64,000 nucleotides of DNA from the human T2T-CHM13v2.0 reference genome, Homo sapiens (GCF_009914755.1 NC_060925.1), one strand, 5' to 3'. Positions 33,146 through 49,760 are shown, numbered from the stretch's first letter. Notes: generated from the sequence alone by a model not told the origin. Program-made: numbers and translations.

Positions 33146-33400
33146 TTTTTTTTTTTTTTTTTTAAGAGACAGGGTCTCACTCTGTTGCCCAGGCTGGAGT
33201 GCAGTGGCACAATTACAGCCTACTGTACTTGAACTCCTGGGCTCAAATGATGCTCCTACTTCAGCCTCTCAAGTAGCTGAGACTACAGGCACACACCACC
33301 ACATCCAGCCAACTTTTTATTTTTATTTTTAGGGGGAGACAAGGGTCTTGCTGTGGTGCCTAGGCTGGTCTCAAACTCCTGGGCTGAAGCAATCCTCCAT
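33146..33400 (-). mobile_element. AluJ element (5'-truncated)
   Basis: Diverged antisense Alu. Confidence 0.85.
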
Positions 33401-33987
33401 TTTTGTAGACAGCTCCTGCCAAGGGCAGCATTTTCTTATTATTAATTTGCCTATGAAAGCACAAAATTATACATTCTAGTTGGTAAAAATAACTCTTGGG
33501 TTAGTGTGTGTGCATGTGTGTGTGTGTACACACCTATATTATTCTAAGGGACTTATGGGAATGAATTTAAAATCTTGAGTTTCAGATATTGCTGGAAACT
33601 GGAGACAGAATCTCAGTTTAGGTGTCAGCACCAAAATTATCCTGCCCTCCCCTCCCCAATCCCTAAACAGCCCTGATTTCTTTTTAAAAGTGAACTTTGT
33701 TCGTATGAAAAGAACGAACATGTTCTGCAACTTCCAGAAGTTCTTACAAAATTAGTTATGCAGATTATCCATATTTAGCCCTTTAAAAAATAATTTTGAA
33801 CATTAGCTCCTTACAGAAAATCTATTTTCTTTCTCCTTTTCTAGAGGAAAGGGCCTTCTGAGGGCAAATCGTGTGACAGTTTATAGATTGTCATCTCTCT
33901 AAAGACCTCAAGGAAAAGAAGTATTTTCTATGTGCAAAACGGTACCTCTTTTTTCCACCTTTATGTCCTTTAAAAGATTAGATAAAC

Positions 33988-34161
33988 CAGCTCGCACCTG
34001 TAATTAATCCCAGATAACTCCCAGTTACTGGGACCGGGAGTAGCTGAGGCCAGAGGATCGCTCAAGCCCAGGAGTTCAAGGCTACAGTGAGCTACGATGT
34101 CACCACTGCTTTTCTGCCTGGGTGACAGAACGAGACTCTGTCCCTATTTATTAAAAAAAAA
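33988..34161 (+). mobile_element. FRAM/AluJ monomer
   Basis: 'gaggatcgctcaagcccaggagttcaaggctacagtgagc'. Confidence 0.75.
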
Positions 34162-36402
34162 TCAGACAATAATATTAGTAATTTTTAAAAAATAAAAAAT
34201 ATTTAAAATCTTTAAAAAGACAAAAAAGACTAAGGAATTTTTTCCCACTTTTGAAAAATTAACAAAGATAATTACCTTATCAGCAAAAGTCAACACACTC
34301 CATGTGAGCCTCACAGCCCCCAGCCCCCTGGCTCAGCAGAGGACCCATTTCTGAAAAAGTGTGTTGAATGACAAGGTTTATAGGCTGCACCATTATGGCA
34401 GCTACCAGGGAGGCAGAGAAGAGTATCTTCCTCTTCAGAGAGAGCCTGAATGTTGTGTGTGACTGAAAAGTCAGTACTATAATATATTCAAGAAGACCTA
34501 AGGGTTTACTTTCCAATAAGGATGGAAAAAATCTGAGCACCCCACTGTGAGCTTATCGTAATGCTGCTTCATATAAAAAGTTGGTAATTAGTCCCTGAGT
34601 GAATAAAGTAGAATAGATGATAACAGATTGATACTAAGAGAAGCACAAAATGCTCTCGCCAGTCATCAAAATTTAAAGGCTATAGAGAAAGGGTTGGGGA
34701 TGCCTCTGTCTGTTTACATACTATTTCCAACTCAGAATTTGTAATGATAGGGTTTATTAACTGGTGTTTTTAAATTGTATGAAAATGAAGCTTATATAAA
34801 TTTCAAAGGAACGCACAGAGTGCCAAATGCAGGAGCCTTTGCAATCCAGCCTAAAATGCCACAGAAGAACTGGTGGAAATTTTTATCTCATATCCATCTC
34901 TTTTCCTCCAGCTGGGGGTCTTTTGCTAAAATCCAGATGTGGGACAATGCTATTTAATATGAGAACCAAACAGCAAATTTCAAAAACATGTATTTCTGGG
35001 AACTCCAGAACATGTAATCATTTGTCTAGATTTTGGTTTTTTTAATATAATTTAATATCAATTCACTTGTATATTTCTGTTGTTAGAGACTCCTGCTATA
35101 GATGAGTTCAGACTCCCAAGTTGCCAGCTACTATCCATTACTTAATATGGAATAGGACTTGATTTTTATTGGAGGGACATTCCAGAGAAAATGGAAATCA
35201 GGACGATTTCAGTGTTTACATTTGGGCCATAGCTTTGCATTAAACATGCTTTCCCTTTCCATCCCCAAGTTCTGAGAATTTAAATTTCTATTTATATGGG
35301 ATTCATGTTTTAATTTTCATGAAAAAGTATGCATTTTCATCAAAACTAATTCCATGAGTACCGAGGAAACACACTTAAGTTTCTAAACTCTTCCTAAAAA
35401 GTAAATACAAGTGAACCACATAAATGAGTGAAAATTCCAGGTCTTCTGGGAGGTGTTATCATTTGTATTTTGGCACTTAATCTCTTCCATTGCTTTTAGG
35501 TCCTTGTGAACTATCTGTGAACTACCTCAATTACAGTGGAAAATCCAGGGTCTACCTGTCTGTCAGGTCCAGTCCGCAGCATCCCAGGGACTGATTCCAG
35601 TCCAAATGAGAACATAAGCACGTTTCCCTTAACACAAAACTGACCAGTGAAAATCCTCATTTGCAAAACATGTAAATTAGAACTTGATTATTCAGATCAC
35701 AAAAGGATTCATCACAGGACTTTTTGAATAGAAAAGACTATTACATGTAAAGTACAGTATTTTATTTCAGGGAGAGATCCATTACATATATGCCAAATTT
35801 TTGAAAATCAGTTTCTAGTTAGAAAAAGGAAGGAAATTGGCTTGTGAAATAATTTAACAGGTCAAATTCACAATTGTATCAATCTTGGACAAATGCACCA
35901 ATAATGTGAAGCAAGGAGTTACCGGTGTATTCCCTGGGGATGGCTGAACTAAAGCATATCCCTTATCCCCAGGAGCTTACGGTCTGCATAGGGAAACAGA
36001 CAGTTAAATAGACAGAAGCCAGCATCAAGGCAGGCAGCAGAGCAATGATCCTGGAATGGCATGGTCAGTAAATGAGAGGAATTCACTCAGAACTTCTTCA
36101 GGATCATTGCCATGTGTATAGATGTAGAAACAAAATAGACATTCGGCAAGTAAGAATCTTTGGGACAATTAGCAGCATATGTTTTATTATTTCATGATAA
36201 CATTCATCAAAATAGCTTAATGGGATAATTAACTCAGGCATGTGGATTCAATTCTGATCAGCTTTAGCAAAAAATAGTATATTTAGCCAAAATATGAGAC
36301 ACCTATATATTTTCCTGCCAGAAGGAAAATTGCACATATTTCCCAAGTTTTGGGGGAAAAGGGTGTCAGTTTGGACCAGTATTCATAGAAATTAACCATC
36401 GA

Positions 36403-36702
36403 GGCTGGACGCAGTAGCTCACGCCTGTAATCCCAGCACTTTGGGAGGCCAAGGTGGGTGGATCACTGGAAGTCAGGAATTTGAGACCACCCTAGTCAAC
36501 ATGGTGAAACCCCATCTCTACTAAAAATATAAAAATTAGCTGGGTGTGGTGACACAAGTCTGTAACCCCAGCTACTCAGGTGGCTGAGGCAGGAGGATTG
36601 CTTGAACTCAGGAGGTGGAGGTTGCAGTGAGCCGAGATCGCACCACTGCACTACAGCCTGGCAACAGAGCAAGACTCTGTCTCAAAATAAAAAAAAGAAA
36701 GA
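36403..36702 (+). mobile_element. AluS element
   Basis: Full Alu flanked by 'gaa(a/g)ttaaccat'. Confidence 0.93.
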
Positions 36703-38864
36703 AGTTAACCATTGAATGCTGAGCTGAAGACTCTAAATTATCATTCTATAATAGTAAGTGGATAAACCAAAACTTATGATCTAGCCTTTGTTTTATGTTT
36801 GTTGGTAGTTTTCTTTCTTTTTGTTTTTCCTTAACAGAGCAGCATAGTTTATCACAGAATGTTAAAACTGGTTCTCAAAAAAATACAATTATCAAAAAAG
36901 GAAAGTTTCAAACAACTTTCTAAAAAGGGTATTCTTCATTTTTCTTACATTTTACATTCATTCTATGCAAATTTCTACATCCTCTCTATTAATCTCTGAC
37001 TGTTACTAGCTTTGCTTGCTGGTGAGAGTATTTTTCACTGTAGCGTAAAATAATACTGCATTTCAAATTTTTAATAGTCATGTTTTAATCACTATAATGC
37101 AAAACAAATGTAGATTTTTCTATCATGTACCAAGGTAGGACATATTGAAGGTATTTCTGATTGTTTATATTTTGCAATTTTGAACCAAGTATGACTCTGG
37201 ATACATAGTCATACTTATAAATATTTTTAAGTAACTTAAAATCATTTTTAAAATATATTAAATAAGACAGGTGGAATATGCTTTACTAACTGTAAAGTGC
37301 CGCATGGGTAAAATGTCCAGAGCACACCAATGTGGTTGCCAATTTAAATGCCACCGGAAGACTCAGAGCTCCTTATTGTGTAGTATTTATGTTTGTACAA
37401 CTCATCAATGAATAATCAACTATGTTTGAGTCTGCCATCTCACTTTGAAAGAGATATGGTACCAACTCACTACATAACTATTTCAGTACTAATTCCTCAC
37501 TGTTTTTAATTTGGGTCAGAGACTTGGGGATGGAAAGGGGAAGCATGTTTAATGCAAAGCTATGGCCCAAATGTAAACACTGAAATCGTCCTGAACACAC
37601 TTCAACAGCGAATGTATGACAGCCCAGTGTAAAGCCATTTAGAAATAACAAGATGGACATGTACACATATGTAGGTTAAGTTCAACAGTATATAATGCCC
37701 AAAACAGTATATAGTGGGTATGAATTACTTGAACCGAGTTTAGTATCTTTATCCTTTTAGTCATAGTACTGTGTGGTTTTCTCCATATTCTCTTTCTTAT
37801 TTATTTTTGTCCAATTAGAAAATAAAGCAGGGCAGGGTGGCTGCATCTGTTTACTTTCTGAGCATGGGTGTATGTAAACACACACACGTATCTGTCTATT
37901 TTTTCCAGAGGCTTCTATGTACACATCATATAAAAGTCATACTGTTAACATAAATCAACCCCAGAAGAGAAATTCCAGCATACCGTTTTCCCTTGCCTAT
38001 TGTCTGTGTGTGTGTTTGTATGTCAGTCTGTCTTTTTTTATTCTGGCTTTCTCTCTTATTCAGTATTTATAAGGACCTTTAGGGCAGATGTCTAAAAACA
38101 ACTGCATAGTCATCAGGAGTTAGGCGGAATGAAATGCCTTTGCTCATCTTCTCTACATGAGTGACCAGAAGAAAAAAAAGAAACACAGAGTATCAGACTT
38201 TAGAAACTACATGCAGGTTAAAGGGCACTGACCATCCTGGCTTGTGTTCTGCCTAAAGGACAAGGCTCTCATTTGATAAAGATCATTAGTCACCAAGATA
38301 TATATTTTAGAGAGTTCCCAGTAGCGAATATTCTGTTGGCAGTCACTGGAGTGTACCAGATGGTTCATTAGCATAGGCTAGACAAGTCAAAGACTTTCAG
38401 AATCATTTAGAAAATGTCAAACAGAAACAAGAATCCTGTCACTTTTTATTAGAATTAACTACATCATACCCTGGACACAGATTTCACCTTGGGTCAGAAA
38501 AATTAATACAGAATTATATGAATTGTGTAATATACTGGGTTAAGATAGGTCTTTCTCCAGGGACTCATTTGCTGGCAATATATTAAGATCCCTCTACTTT
38601 AGGAATCCTCAATCCTTTCCTTTTGTAAGATATGAAAAGAGTTGACCTTGCTCAAAATCCACTGGTGTCTAATTGATTTGAGGTATATGCAGAATTTCAA
38701 CAAGACATTCTTCTAAAGCTCTTTTGTGATCCTTTTCCCAGGAAGTTTGGTGAGTGGGGTTTACTGAATATTCAGCAGCATGTAAAGTATGTTTATGTCA
38801 AAAGGAAAATACATCCATTAATTGAACACATTGCTTTAGTAAACAGGAATTGAAATGCTATTGA

Positions 38865-39146
<282 letters not shown>

Positions 39147-41588
39147 GTTACAACCCCTAGGAGCTCTGCTTTCAAAACAAAAAGAGATTGGGGGAGTGGG
39201 GAGGGGGAAGAAGAACAGGAAGAAAAAAAGTACTCTGAACTGCTCCAAGTAACGCTAATTAAAAACTTGCTTTAAAGATATTGAATTTAAAAAGGCATAA
39301 TAATCAAATACTTAATAGCAAATAAATGATGTATCAGGGTATTTGTATTGCAAACTGTGAATCAAAGGCTTCACAGCCCCAGAGGATTCCATATAAAAGA
39401 CATTGTAATGGAGTGGATTGAACTCACAGATGGATACCAACACGGTCAGAAGAAAAACGGACAGAACGGTTCTTGTATATTTAAACTGATCTCCACTATG
39501 AAGAAATTTAGGAACTAATCTTATTAATTAGGCTTATACAGCGGGGGATTTGAGCTTACAGGATTCCTCCATGGTAAAGCTGAACTGAAACAATTCTCAA
39601 GAATGCATCAGCTGTACCTACAATAGCCCCTCCCTCTTCCTTTGAAGGCCCCAGCACCTCTGCCCTGTGGTCACCGAATCTGTACTAAGGACCTGTGTTC
39701 AGCCACACCCAGTGGTAGCTCCACCAAATCATGAACAGCCTAATTTTGAGTGTCTGTGTCTTAGACCTGCAAACAGCTAATAGGAAATTCTATTAATATG
39801 TTAGCTTGCCATTTTAAATATGTTCTGAGGGTTGTTTTGTCTCGTGTTCATGATGTTAAGAAAATGCAGGCAGTATCCCTCATCTTATGTAAGTGTTAAT
39901 TAATATTAAGGGAAATGACTACAAACTTTCAAAGCAAATGCTCCATAGCTAAAGCAACTTAGACCTTATTTCTGCTACTGTTGCTGAAATGTGGCTTTGG
40001 CATTGTTGGATTTCATAAAAAATTTCTGGCAGGAAGTCTTGTTAGTATACATCAGTCTTTTTCATCATCCAAGTTTGTAGTTCATTTAAAAATACAACAT
40101 TAAACACATTTTGCTAGGATGTCAAATAGTCACAGTTCTAAGTAGTTGGAAACAAAATTGACGCATGTTAATCTATGCAAAGAGAAAGGAAAGGATGAGG
40201 TGATGTATTGACTCAAGGTTCATTCTTGCTGCAATTGAACATCCTCAAGAGTTGGGATGGAAATGGTGATTTTTACATGTGTCCTGGAAAGATATTAAAG
40301 TAATTCAAATCTTCCCCAAAGGGGAAAGGAAGAGAGTGATACTGACCTTTTTAAGTCATAGACCAAAGTCTGCTGTAGAACAAATATGGGAGGACAAAGA
40401 ATCGCAAATTCTTCAAATGACTATTATCAGTATTATTAACATGCGATGCCACAGGTATGAAAGTCTTGCCTTATTTCACAATTTTAAAAGGTAGCTGTGC
40501 AGATGTGGATCAACATTTGTTTAAAATAAAGTATTAATACTTTAAAGTCAAATAAGATATAGTGTTTACATTCTTTAGGTCCTGAGGGGCAGGGGGATCT
40601 GTGATATAACAAAATAGCAAAAGCGGTAATTTCCTTAATGTTATTTTTCTGATTGGTAATTATTTTTAACAGTACTTAATTATTCTATGTCGTGAGACAC
40701 TAAAATCAAAAACGGGAATCTCATTTAGACTTTAATTTTTTTGAGATTATCGGCGGCACAATCACTTTGTAGAAACTGTAAAAAATAAAAGTATCTCCTA
40801 GTCCCTTAATTTTTTCATAAATATTTCTGGCTTTTGAGTAGTGTATTTATATTGTATATCATACTTTCAACTGTAGACAATTATGATGCTAATTTATTGT
40901 TTCTTGGTTTCACCTTTGTATAAGATATAGCCAAGACTGAAGAAACCAAATATATGTGTTTACTGTAGCATGTCTTCAAATTAGTGGAACTTAGTTCAGG
41001 GACATAGAAGAGTCTTAATGAATTAAAATCATTCACTTGATTAAATGTCTGTAAATCTTCATCATTCCTACTGTAGTTTATTTAATATCTATTGTAAATT
41101 ATGTGACTTGTAGCTTCCTCTGGTTTTCAAGTAAACTCAACAAGGTGGAGTCTTACCTGGTTTTCCTTTCCAAGCATTGTAAATTGTATACCAAAGATAT
41201 TAGTTATTACTTCTGTGTGTACAAAGAGGATTATTTTATTATGTTTATTAATCACCTCTAATACTCATCCACATGAAGGGTACACATTAGGTAAGCTGGG
41301 CGTTGACTCATGCGCAGTCTCAGTCACCCGTGTTATCTTCGTGGCTCAAAGGACAATGCAAAATCGCCGATCAGAGCTCATACCCAAAGCATTACAGAGA
41401 ACAGCAGCATCATTGCCCTCCCCAGCTGAAAAACAAGTTGGCTAGAAGATACATGGAGAGGAATGGTGTGGTCAACAGTTAATGAAACGGTTCTATCATG
41501 CATGTGTAATGTGGATGGAGACAATTATAAGATTTGACTATAACTATTTGGAGGGTCTTTAACATTGCCAAAAAAACAAATATGTTGA

Positions 41589-41718
41589 TTTTTATTTTAT
41601 TTTATTTTTTATTTTAAGAGGCGGGATCTTGATCTCACATGTTGCCCAGGCTGGCCTTGAACTCCTGGGCTCAAGCATTCCTCCTGCCTCAGCCTCCCCC
41701 ATAGCTGGGACTAGGGGT
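41589..41718 (-). mobile_element. FLAM monomer inside the NR5A2 3'UTR
   Basis: 'tgttgcccaggctggccttgaactcctgggctcaagc', flanked by 'tgttgat'/'cgttgac'. Confidence 0.85.
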
Positions 41719-42322
41719 GCATGCCAGCATACCTGGCTACGTTGACTCTTAAAATCTATGTTCTCTTATTTTAAAGATACAGTGCTCCCCACTGAAAATT
41801 AAACCTAAAAAATGTCACATATTGGTATGTTGTTAACCTGGTAGATTAAATCATGAGAATGATTAGAAAGACGGGCAACACAGCGGGTTACATCCACACT
41901 GCTGATCACACCAACGACAGGAGCTGATAAGCAAGAAAGCGTCACAGCCAGCGTCTGTTCACCCAAGGTTGACAAGTGAAGTTTCTCTAATGTTGATTGT
42001 TAGCCGATTTGTAACCTGGCATTTACTTAGCAACTGCCTTATCAATTACAGGATTTGCCGGTAAAAGCAGACTCAAATATAAAGGTTTTTGGCTTAACTT
42101 GGTTTATTATAGTTGCTCTATGTTTGTAAACAGACAATCTCTAATGTCTGATTATTTGTATCACAGATCTGCAGCTGCCTTGGACTTGAATCCATGCAAT
42201 GTTTAGAGTGTGAAGTCAGTTACTTGTTGATGTTTTCTTACTGTATCAATGAAATACATATTGTCATGTCAGTTCTTGCCAGGAACTTCTCAACAAAATG
42301 GAATTTTTTTTTTCAGTATTTC

Positions 42323-42328
42323 AATAAA
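42323..42328 (+). terminator. NR5A2: Distal polyadenylation signal of NR5A2
   Basis: AATAAA with an upstream T-run and downstream 'gtttttatgttgtcc'. Confidence 0.75.
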
Positions 42329-42805
42329 TATTGATATGCCCAGCCTGATAATTTTTAAAAGTTTTTATGTTGTCCTCATTCTATCGGATACTAAAGCTTC
42401 TAAATAAGAGACTTGACTAGGAGTGAAATCAAAAGAATCCCACAGGAATAGATACTTTTCCCTTTAGATAACTTCTAGAGTGGTTGGCTGTCCTTCCATG
42501 GATACCTGAAGCATTAAATTCAATCTGAGCATCATCTCTACATGTGAAACAAAGTATTTTATATCATTTACTGTTATAATCAATAAGCAGAAAAATCTTA
42601 ATAGCATCTCACTTTTTTGTAGAGCTTATGTTGTCCTGATAACTTTCCCAAGTGCTTTCTTAATTCACTTGGTCCTCAGAACAGATCCAGGAGGTATTAT
42701 TATTCTCATATTAAAGCCCCTTGCACAAAAGGATTTGATACACTAGTCAGAGGAGTAGCGGGAATTTGAACCTAGGCAGTTTGACTCCAGAATCAACACT
42801 CTTAA

Positions 42806-43190
<385 letters not shown>

Positions 43191-43591
43191 TCAGGTCACC
43201 TCAAAGTATATAGATATTTATCAATAACCCAAACATAAAGCCTTTATACTTTATGGATGTTAAGCCTAAAAAGTAAGATGCCCATGTTCTAGAAATTAGC
43301 CTCCTTCAGTACCATTGTGGCTTTGCAGATGTTTAAGGCAATAAAATAACTATGAAATCCATTTTCAAAATTAATAAAACCTCTATTACAAAATAGTGTA
43401 ACAGCCACAAAACACTTAACAATGTTTAGGAAACATTACGGTCCAGCCTCCCACTTTACACTCCACCCTTCCCATCCCTACTCTGGGCCAAGATAAGCAG
43501 GAAGTGCTCATTCTTTCCCAAGCAGATGCCAATTTTTCTTAGGATCCTACAAAAAGATACCATGGAGTCCAACCCAAAATACTGCACTTAG

Positions 43592-43921
<330 letters not shown>

Positions 43922-45329
43922 TAAATAGCGGGCTACAAAACGCATCCCCCTTTTCAACCTGTAACTAGAAAGAACTTTTTAAATTATTCTTGCTGACATT
44001 CCATGAAATATGAAAATACATATTCATATTTAAATGAACTATAATTATCATACAGAACAGTGTAGAATTTGATAAATATTTACATATGTATACATCCAGG
44101 TAATCATCACACAGGTCAAGCAAGATGAAGCACATGGATTTTAAAAAATGTTTTTATAAGCGGTTATATACTTTAAAAAAAAAAAATTGGTGGAGAGAGC
44201 GTTTCTCCAAAGCCCAACCTGGCAATTGGCAGGGCTCATTCTGATGAGTACAGAGGCCTCCCTTCCACGCACGGAGATGCTAAATCCATCAGCATGAGGC
44301 AGCCTCTAAGAAAAACCGGCCCATGCTGATATGCATTTGATTGTTATATCTGATATTCAAAATAACTTTGAAGAGGTTCGTACTTTTAACTAAGTTTGAC
44401 GTTCAGTTTGAAGCCATCTCTGATGTATATTTTTATGAGAAACATGTGGAAAGTTTGTTCAACATAACGCAGGTCAAAATGCTACAATACTTAGTGATTT
44501 TGACATTTCCCTGGAATAATAAAGACCAATTTTCCTTAACACTGAACAGGAAGTGTATAGTTTAGTCACTCAAAATAAATATTCTTGCAATGCTTTATTG
44601 CTGTTTCATGTAGGCATTTGTTTTATGTTAAGTTAGGAATTAATAATTCAGTGACTAACAGACTGTGATTGTGGTTTTGTTTGTAGAAAAGCTAAGAACC
44701 AATCTAAGAAACATTGTATGTTTGTTGCTGGAAAAGAGAGAAAGGGGCAAAGGGGGATGAAATTAGACTAATTGCTGAGTATTCCCTTGAGTGAGTTTGA
44801 AACTAAACTATCAAGAAGGGAGGAGGCTTGAAAGCACTGGAGTCTCCATGCCCTTCCTGAGTTGATGGGAGCACAGATCAGACCTGAGTCGGCCCCAGAA
44901 GGCACTGGGGATCCTGGTCCAAGCTCCATAGACACCAGATCAGATCCCAGACTGTTCTTAGGATCATGTTAGTCACAGCCAAGGAGAGACAGGAGTTGTC
45001 CTTCCAAGGAGACAAGGTGTGGATGCCTGATTCGTGTCTAACTTTTACTTTGCAGAGCACGCCCACTCTCTCGTCTCACCTGACCCAGCAGCAGCCCCCT
45101 GTCCTCGGTGGGCTTGGGCACCCTACCCCTCAGAGTGTGAAGCCCAGCCCAGGGAGCTATGCGTGGGCTGGGGCCTCTCAGTACTTTAGTAACAGGAATT
45201 GAAGTCCCTCCCGCTCCCCTGCCACCATGGACATCTCCCGCACGGAAGCCGTCACAGGCTGTTCTTCCTCACCTCTCCTTCTTCCCACATGGCCTCAGTA
45301 TCCAAGCCCTACCAGTTACTTTTCCTATT

Positions 45330-45960
45330 TTTCTCCCCAGTCAGTCTCCCCCTTCCTTCCTTGCAGATTTGGAGCAGGCCTTTGGCATTTCTTGCCTTGA
45401 ATTATGCACTAGCCTCTGGGCTGATCTGCTATCAATCTGAACATACCCCAAACCTCACTCCATAGAGCACCCAGAGCCATCTCCCTAATTCAAAGCTGAT
45501 AATGTCATTCGCTCACTTACAGTCCTCCAATGCCTGGTATTTTCAGGAAAAAGTCAACTCCTACTATGGCATCCAGGTCTTTCCTGGCACAGCCTCTGCC
45601 TACCTTCCCAGCCTCTGCCTGCCTCCCAGCCTCCCCTTCCAGCCTCCTTTCCAGGCCCACTGGTGTATCAACCACACCATGAGCACAGCCTGCTCCTTCC
45701 TGTTCACTGTTCTCCAATGGTCTAGCCAAAAAAAACCAGGCTTAGAGAAGCCAAGGCAAGGAGGCTGCCCCTCCCCATCCAGTACACCCCCATCTCTGGG
45801 GCCCCCAGATGTCTGATGTTCATTATGCTCTGGTCTCATTGTGTTTGTTTCCCAGGGTGGCCCTTCTAAACTGTGAGCGAAAGGTCAAGAGCAGTGACTC
45901 AGTCATTTATAAACCACTGGCCCAGTGCCTGGCATAGAGCAGGCACGGCACATGATTTCC
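45330..45960 (+). mobile_element. L2 fragments
   Basis: 'cccagtgcctggcatagagcaggcac' 3'-end motif and a pyrimidine-rich body. Confidence 0.5.
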
Positions 45961-47068
45961 ACAAAAGAATCGAAGTTTCCCGAGTTGTGGACCATACTGC
46001 TCCCCAGTGGTCTCCTTGACTTGACCATGTACATCTTCATGGGGCCCAGACTGGGATAATCCAGTGTCCATCCAATATGCTCTTCTATCTCACCCTGTAT
46101 CACAAACATATTTTATGTTTGCTTCAGGGGTGATTCACATGTGTGACTGCATGTCAGCTCCCACTCTAAGTATGTTGTTCATCCAAAAACTAGACAGTGA
46201 AAGTGGCATCACGCCATTCATATGAAATGTTTAGCGTCATTACACAACATCAGAAGAAAGAGCTGCGAAGGGGATTAGAACTGTGCTTTGTGGCTCAGAG
46301 AGTAGAAACCCGTAAGGTAGGTAAATATTTTGAAGGGGAAGATTTTGACACAATGTGGAAAAAGAAAGCTTAATGGTCAAAGCTGTCCAAAAATGGAACT
46401 AACTATATTAGAGGCTGGTGACCTCCTAGGAACTGCTCCACCTGAGGCTGGACCTGACAACAGTGTTGGGGATGTGACTCCTACATGGAGTGGCTGGGTA
46501 ATGTTTAATGACCCTCCAGAACTGACAGTCTAAGATTCCAGCAGGGCCAACAAAACAGACAGGTCTAAACCTTCAGGAAGGTCCTCTTTGCTCACTTCTC
46601 CCCGCAGGGAAGATTTGCTTGTGCTATTAGAGTCTGCTAGAATGGCGAGATACTGAGAGGCACAATCCAACCAACTCCAGAGACCTAAGTATATAAGGGA
46701 GAAATTCATGAAGCTTGTTTTAGTATTTATTTATGATGCATGAGAAAAATCACAGCCTGCCAAACATGTTAGACCAATTCATGTTTACAAACAGGAAAGA
46801 GTTAGCATTCTGAAAATGTGTCTACCTTTTGGAAAAATTGTATTCCTGTCTTTGCCTCTGCTTCTCCAGTATCTGATATGTAGTGGGAAGAAGCTCATGG
46901 TCAAGGTGCTGGTTCCCACATGCATATACCTCCTCTGTGTGAGGGTCAAAAACATTCTCTGGTTAGATGATGTCACCTAGGAACATTGCTGGTGCTTGTC
47001 CTCCCAGCCCTTCCTCACAGCTCACCCCACCATCTGATGAAAGACAGCCAATTGAAAAAGTTGCACTG

Positions 47069-47452
<384 letters not shown>

Positions 47453-47627
47453 TTAGTTGAATAAAAACAATGTATCCCATATCCAATATTTCTCACTTGA
47501 GAAATATTAATTGTTCCAGGCAATGATCTAGTTGAGGAAATGACCCAAAGAACACATACTAGAGAGATTTCATGAAAATAATAGCATCTATGTTTAAGCA
47601 CTACGTGCTGAGTTTTGAGTGCGATAT

Positions 47628-48055
47628 GCTATGGCAGACAGTTATCTCCCCAAAATGTATCCTCTCTTTTTTTCCTGGACACACAGCTGCCCAGCTGAAG
47701 ACTATATTTTCCGGCTTCCTTTGTAGTGAGGCACGACCAAGTGAGTAAGATGGGGCTGTGGCAATGGGATGTGAGCTGAAGTGACAAGCATACCTTTTCA
47801 GTCTTCTCCATCGGTAAAAGCGAGTCACTTTCCTTAGTCGTTGGCGCCTAGCCCTTTCCCTGGCTGGACCCGAGGTGCAGACAGCAATCCAAGATGACCA
47901 GTGATTGAAGAGCAACAAGAAAGCTGTAACCTTGGGTCCCTGAATGGCCTGGTAGTGTCCACAGACCAGCCTCAAGTGACAGAGAAATAAACTGCTCTCT
48001 TATTTAAGCCACTATATCTTGGGGTCTCTTTATTTCCAAAGCTTAGCATTTACCT
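47628..48055 (+). mobile_element. Old MaLR LTR (MLT1-type)
   Basis: 'cacacagctgcccagctgaagactatattttcc', 'agagaaataaac...ttatttaagccact'. Confidence 0.7.
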
Positions 48056-48312
48056 TAATATGCAAACATGATTTCATTTAATCCTCATAACGACCCCTTC
48101 TTGTGACTATGAAAACTGAAACTTACAGACGTACATAACTTGTTCAAAGTCCTGCAGTTAGAAAGTGACAGAGTGAGGGTTCAAAAACAGTTCTGATTCT
48201 AAACCTCAGGAGTTCGGAACCTGAACCACTTAGCTACAGTGTCTTCCTGAAAGCACACACCAAGGTGTCCTGTAGAGTCAACATTCACTCCAACAACTGA
48301 GCATTTTCTTTA

Positions 48313-48640
<328 letters not shown>

Positions 48641-49470
48641 AAGAAGCAATAGTGACAGATACATTTCTAATAATTGCAACACCAAATAACTAGAAATTTT
48701 CTTGACCTTAACAAGAGCCTAGACAAGCACAGTTATAACCACAGACATCCAAAACAAGGGTCAGCTGCTCAGTGCCGTGGGAGCATTGACAACACAGACA
48801 TTCTATGAGTCTTACATAAATGAGAATTTTGAGGTGGTGACCTTTATTTTCTATACCACCTCAACGGGAAACATTGGCATAACCACCACTTATTAGCCCT
48901 GACTATGTTGTAACTATAAGAGCTATACTAATTTTTATACCTTGGTTTGATTAGTAGTTTCCCTGTTTATTTTATCACAAAATCACTTGAGCCATGTTCT
49001 CTATACATTAATTATTACAGACTACACAAATAGAAAGCAATTATGTTAGAAGAGAAAACATGTTGTGTCGATCATTTCTGCTCACATTACTTTGCCATCA
49101 GTGCAGTTAGCAAGGTACTGGCTGTTTAAAAAAATTTTGTCCCAAAGATTTTCCCCAGAAGTAAATTAAGACTGCCAAAAGGTCTCTGCCATAGAGGTGG
49201 AACAAGCTTCTATAAATAAGTGTGGAAACACGTGTTACATTCCCCCTGAGTGTTGCTGTAACAGGCTTTATTTCGCCTCTGCTCTTGCCTTGGGGCCTTG
49301 TGTTATTTGAGTGTCAAATGTTCCTGCAACTATTGTGTGGCCTGGATTCCAGCCAAGCTCCTTGGGCAATGCCCGATCAGTGCTCACTCATCCTCTCTAC
49401 TTCCCTTAAAGAAGTCTTAAAGTGGCACAACCACCTGGGGAGAGAGAGAAAGCCTGTCATCTCTCGCTCT

Positions 49471-49760
49471 CTTTTTTTTTTGTTTTGAGACAAGGTCTTT
49501 CTCTGTTGCTCAGACTGGAGTGCAATAGCATGATCATGGCTCACTGCAGACTTGACCTCCCAGGCTCAAGTAATTCTCCCACCTTTGCCCCCTGAATAGA
49601 TGGGACCACAGGTGTGCACCACCATGCACAGCTAACATTTTGTTTTGTTTTGTTTTCTGTAGAGACAGGGTCTCCCTGTGTTGCCCAGGCTGGTCTCAAC
49701 CTCCTGTGCTCAAGAGATCCTCCCACCTCAGTCTCCCAAAGTGCAAGGATTACAGGCATG
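49471..49760 (-). mobile_element. AluJ element
   Basis: Diverged antisense Alu. Confidence 0.88.

Larger units (their letters stand above)
39147..42349 (+). other. NR5A2: NR5A2 3'UTR (~3.2 kb)
   Basis: Repeat-poor AT-rich sequence from the stop codon to AATAAA at 42323-42328, followed by a GT/T-rich downstream element near 42361. The cleavage site is estimated. Confidence 0.8.
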
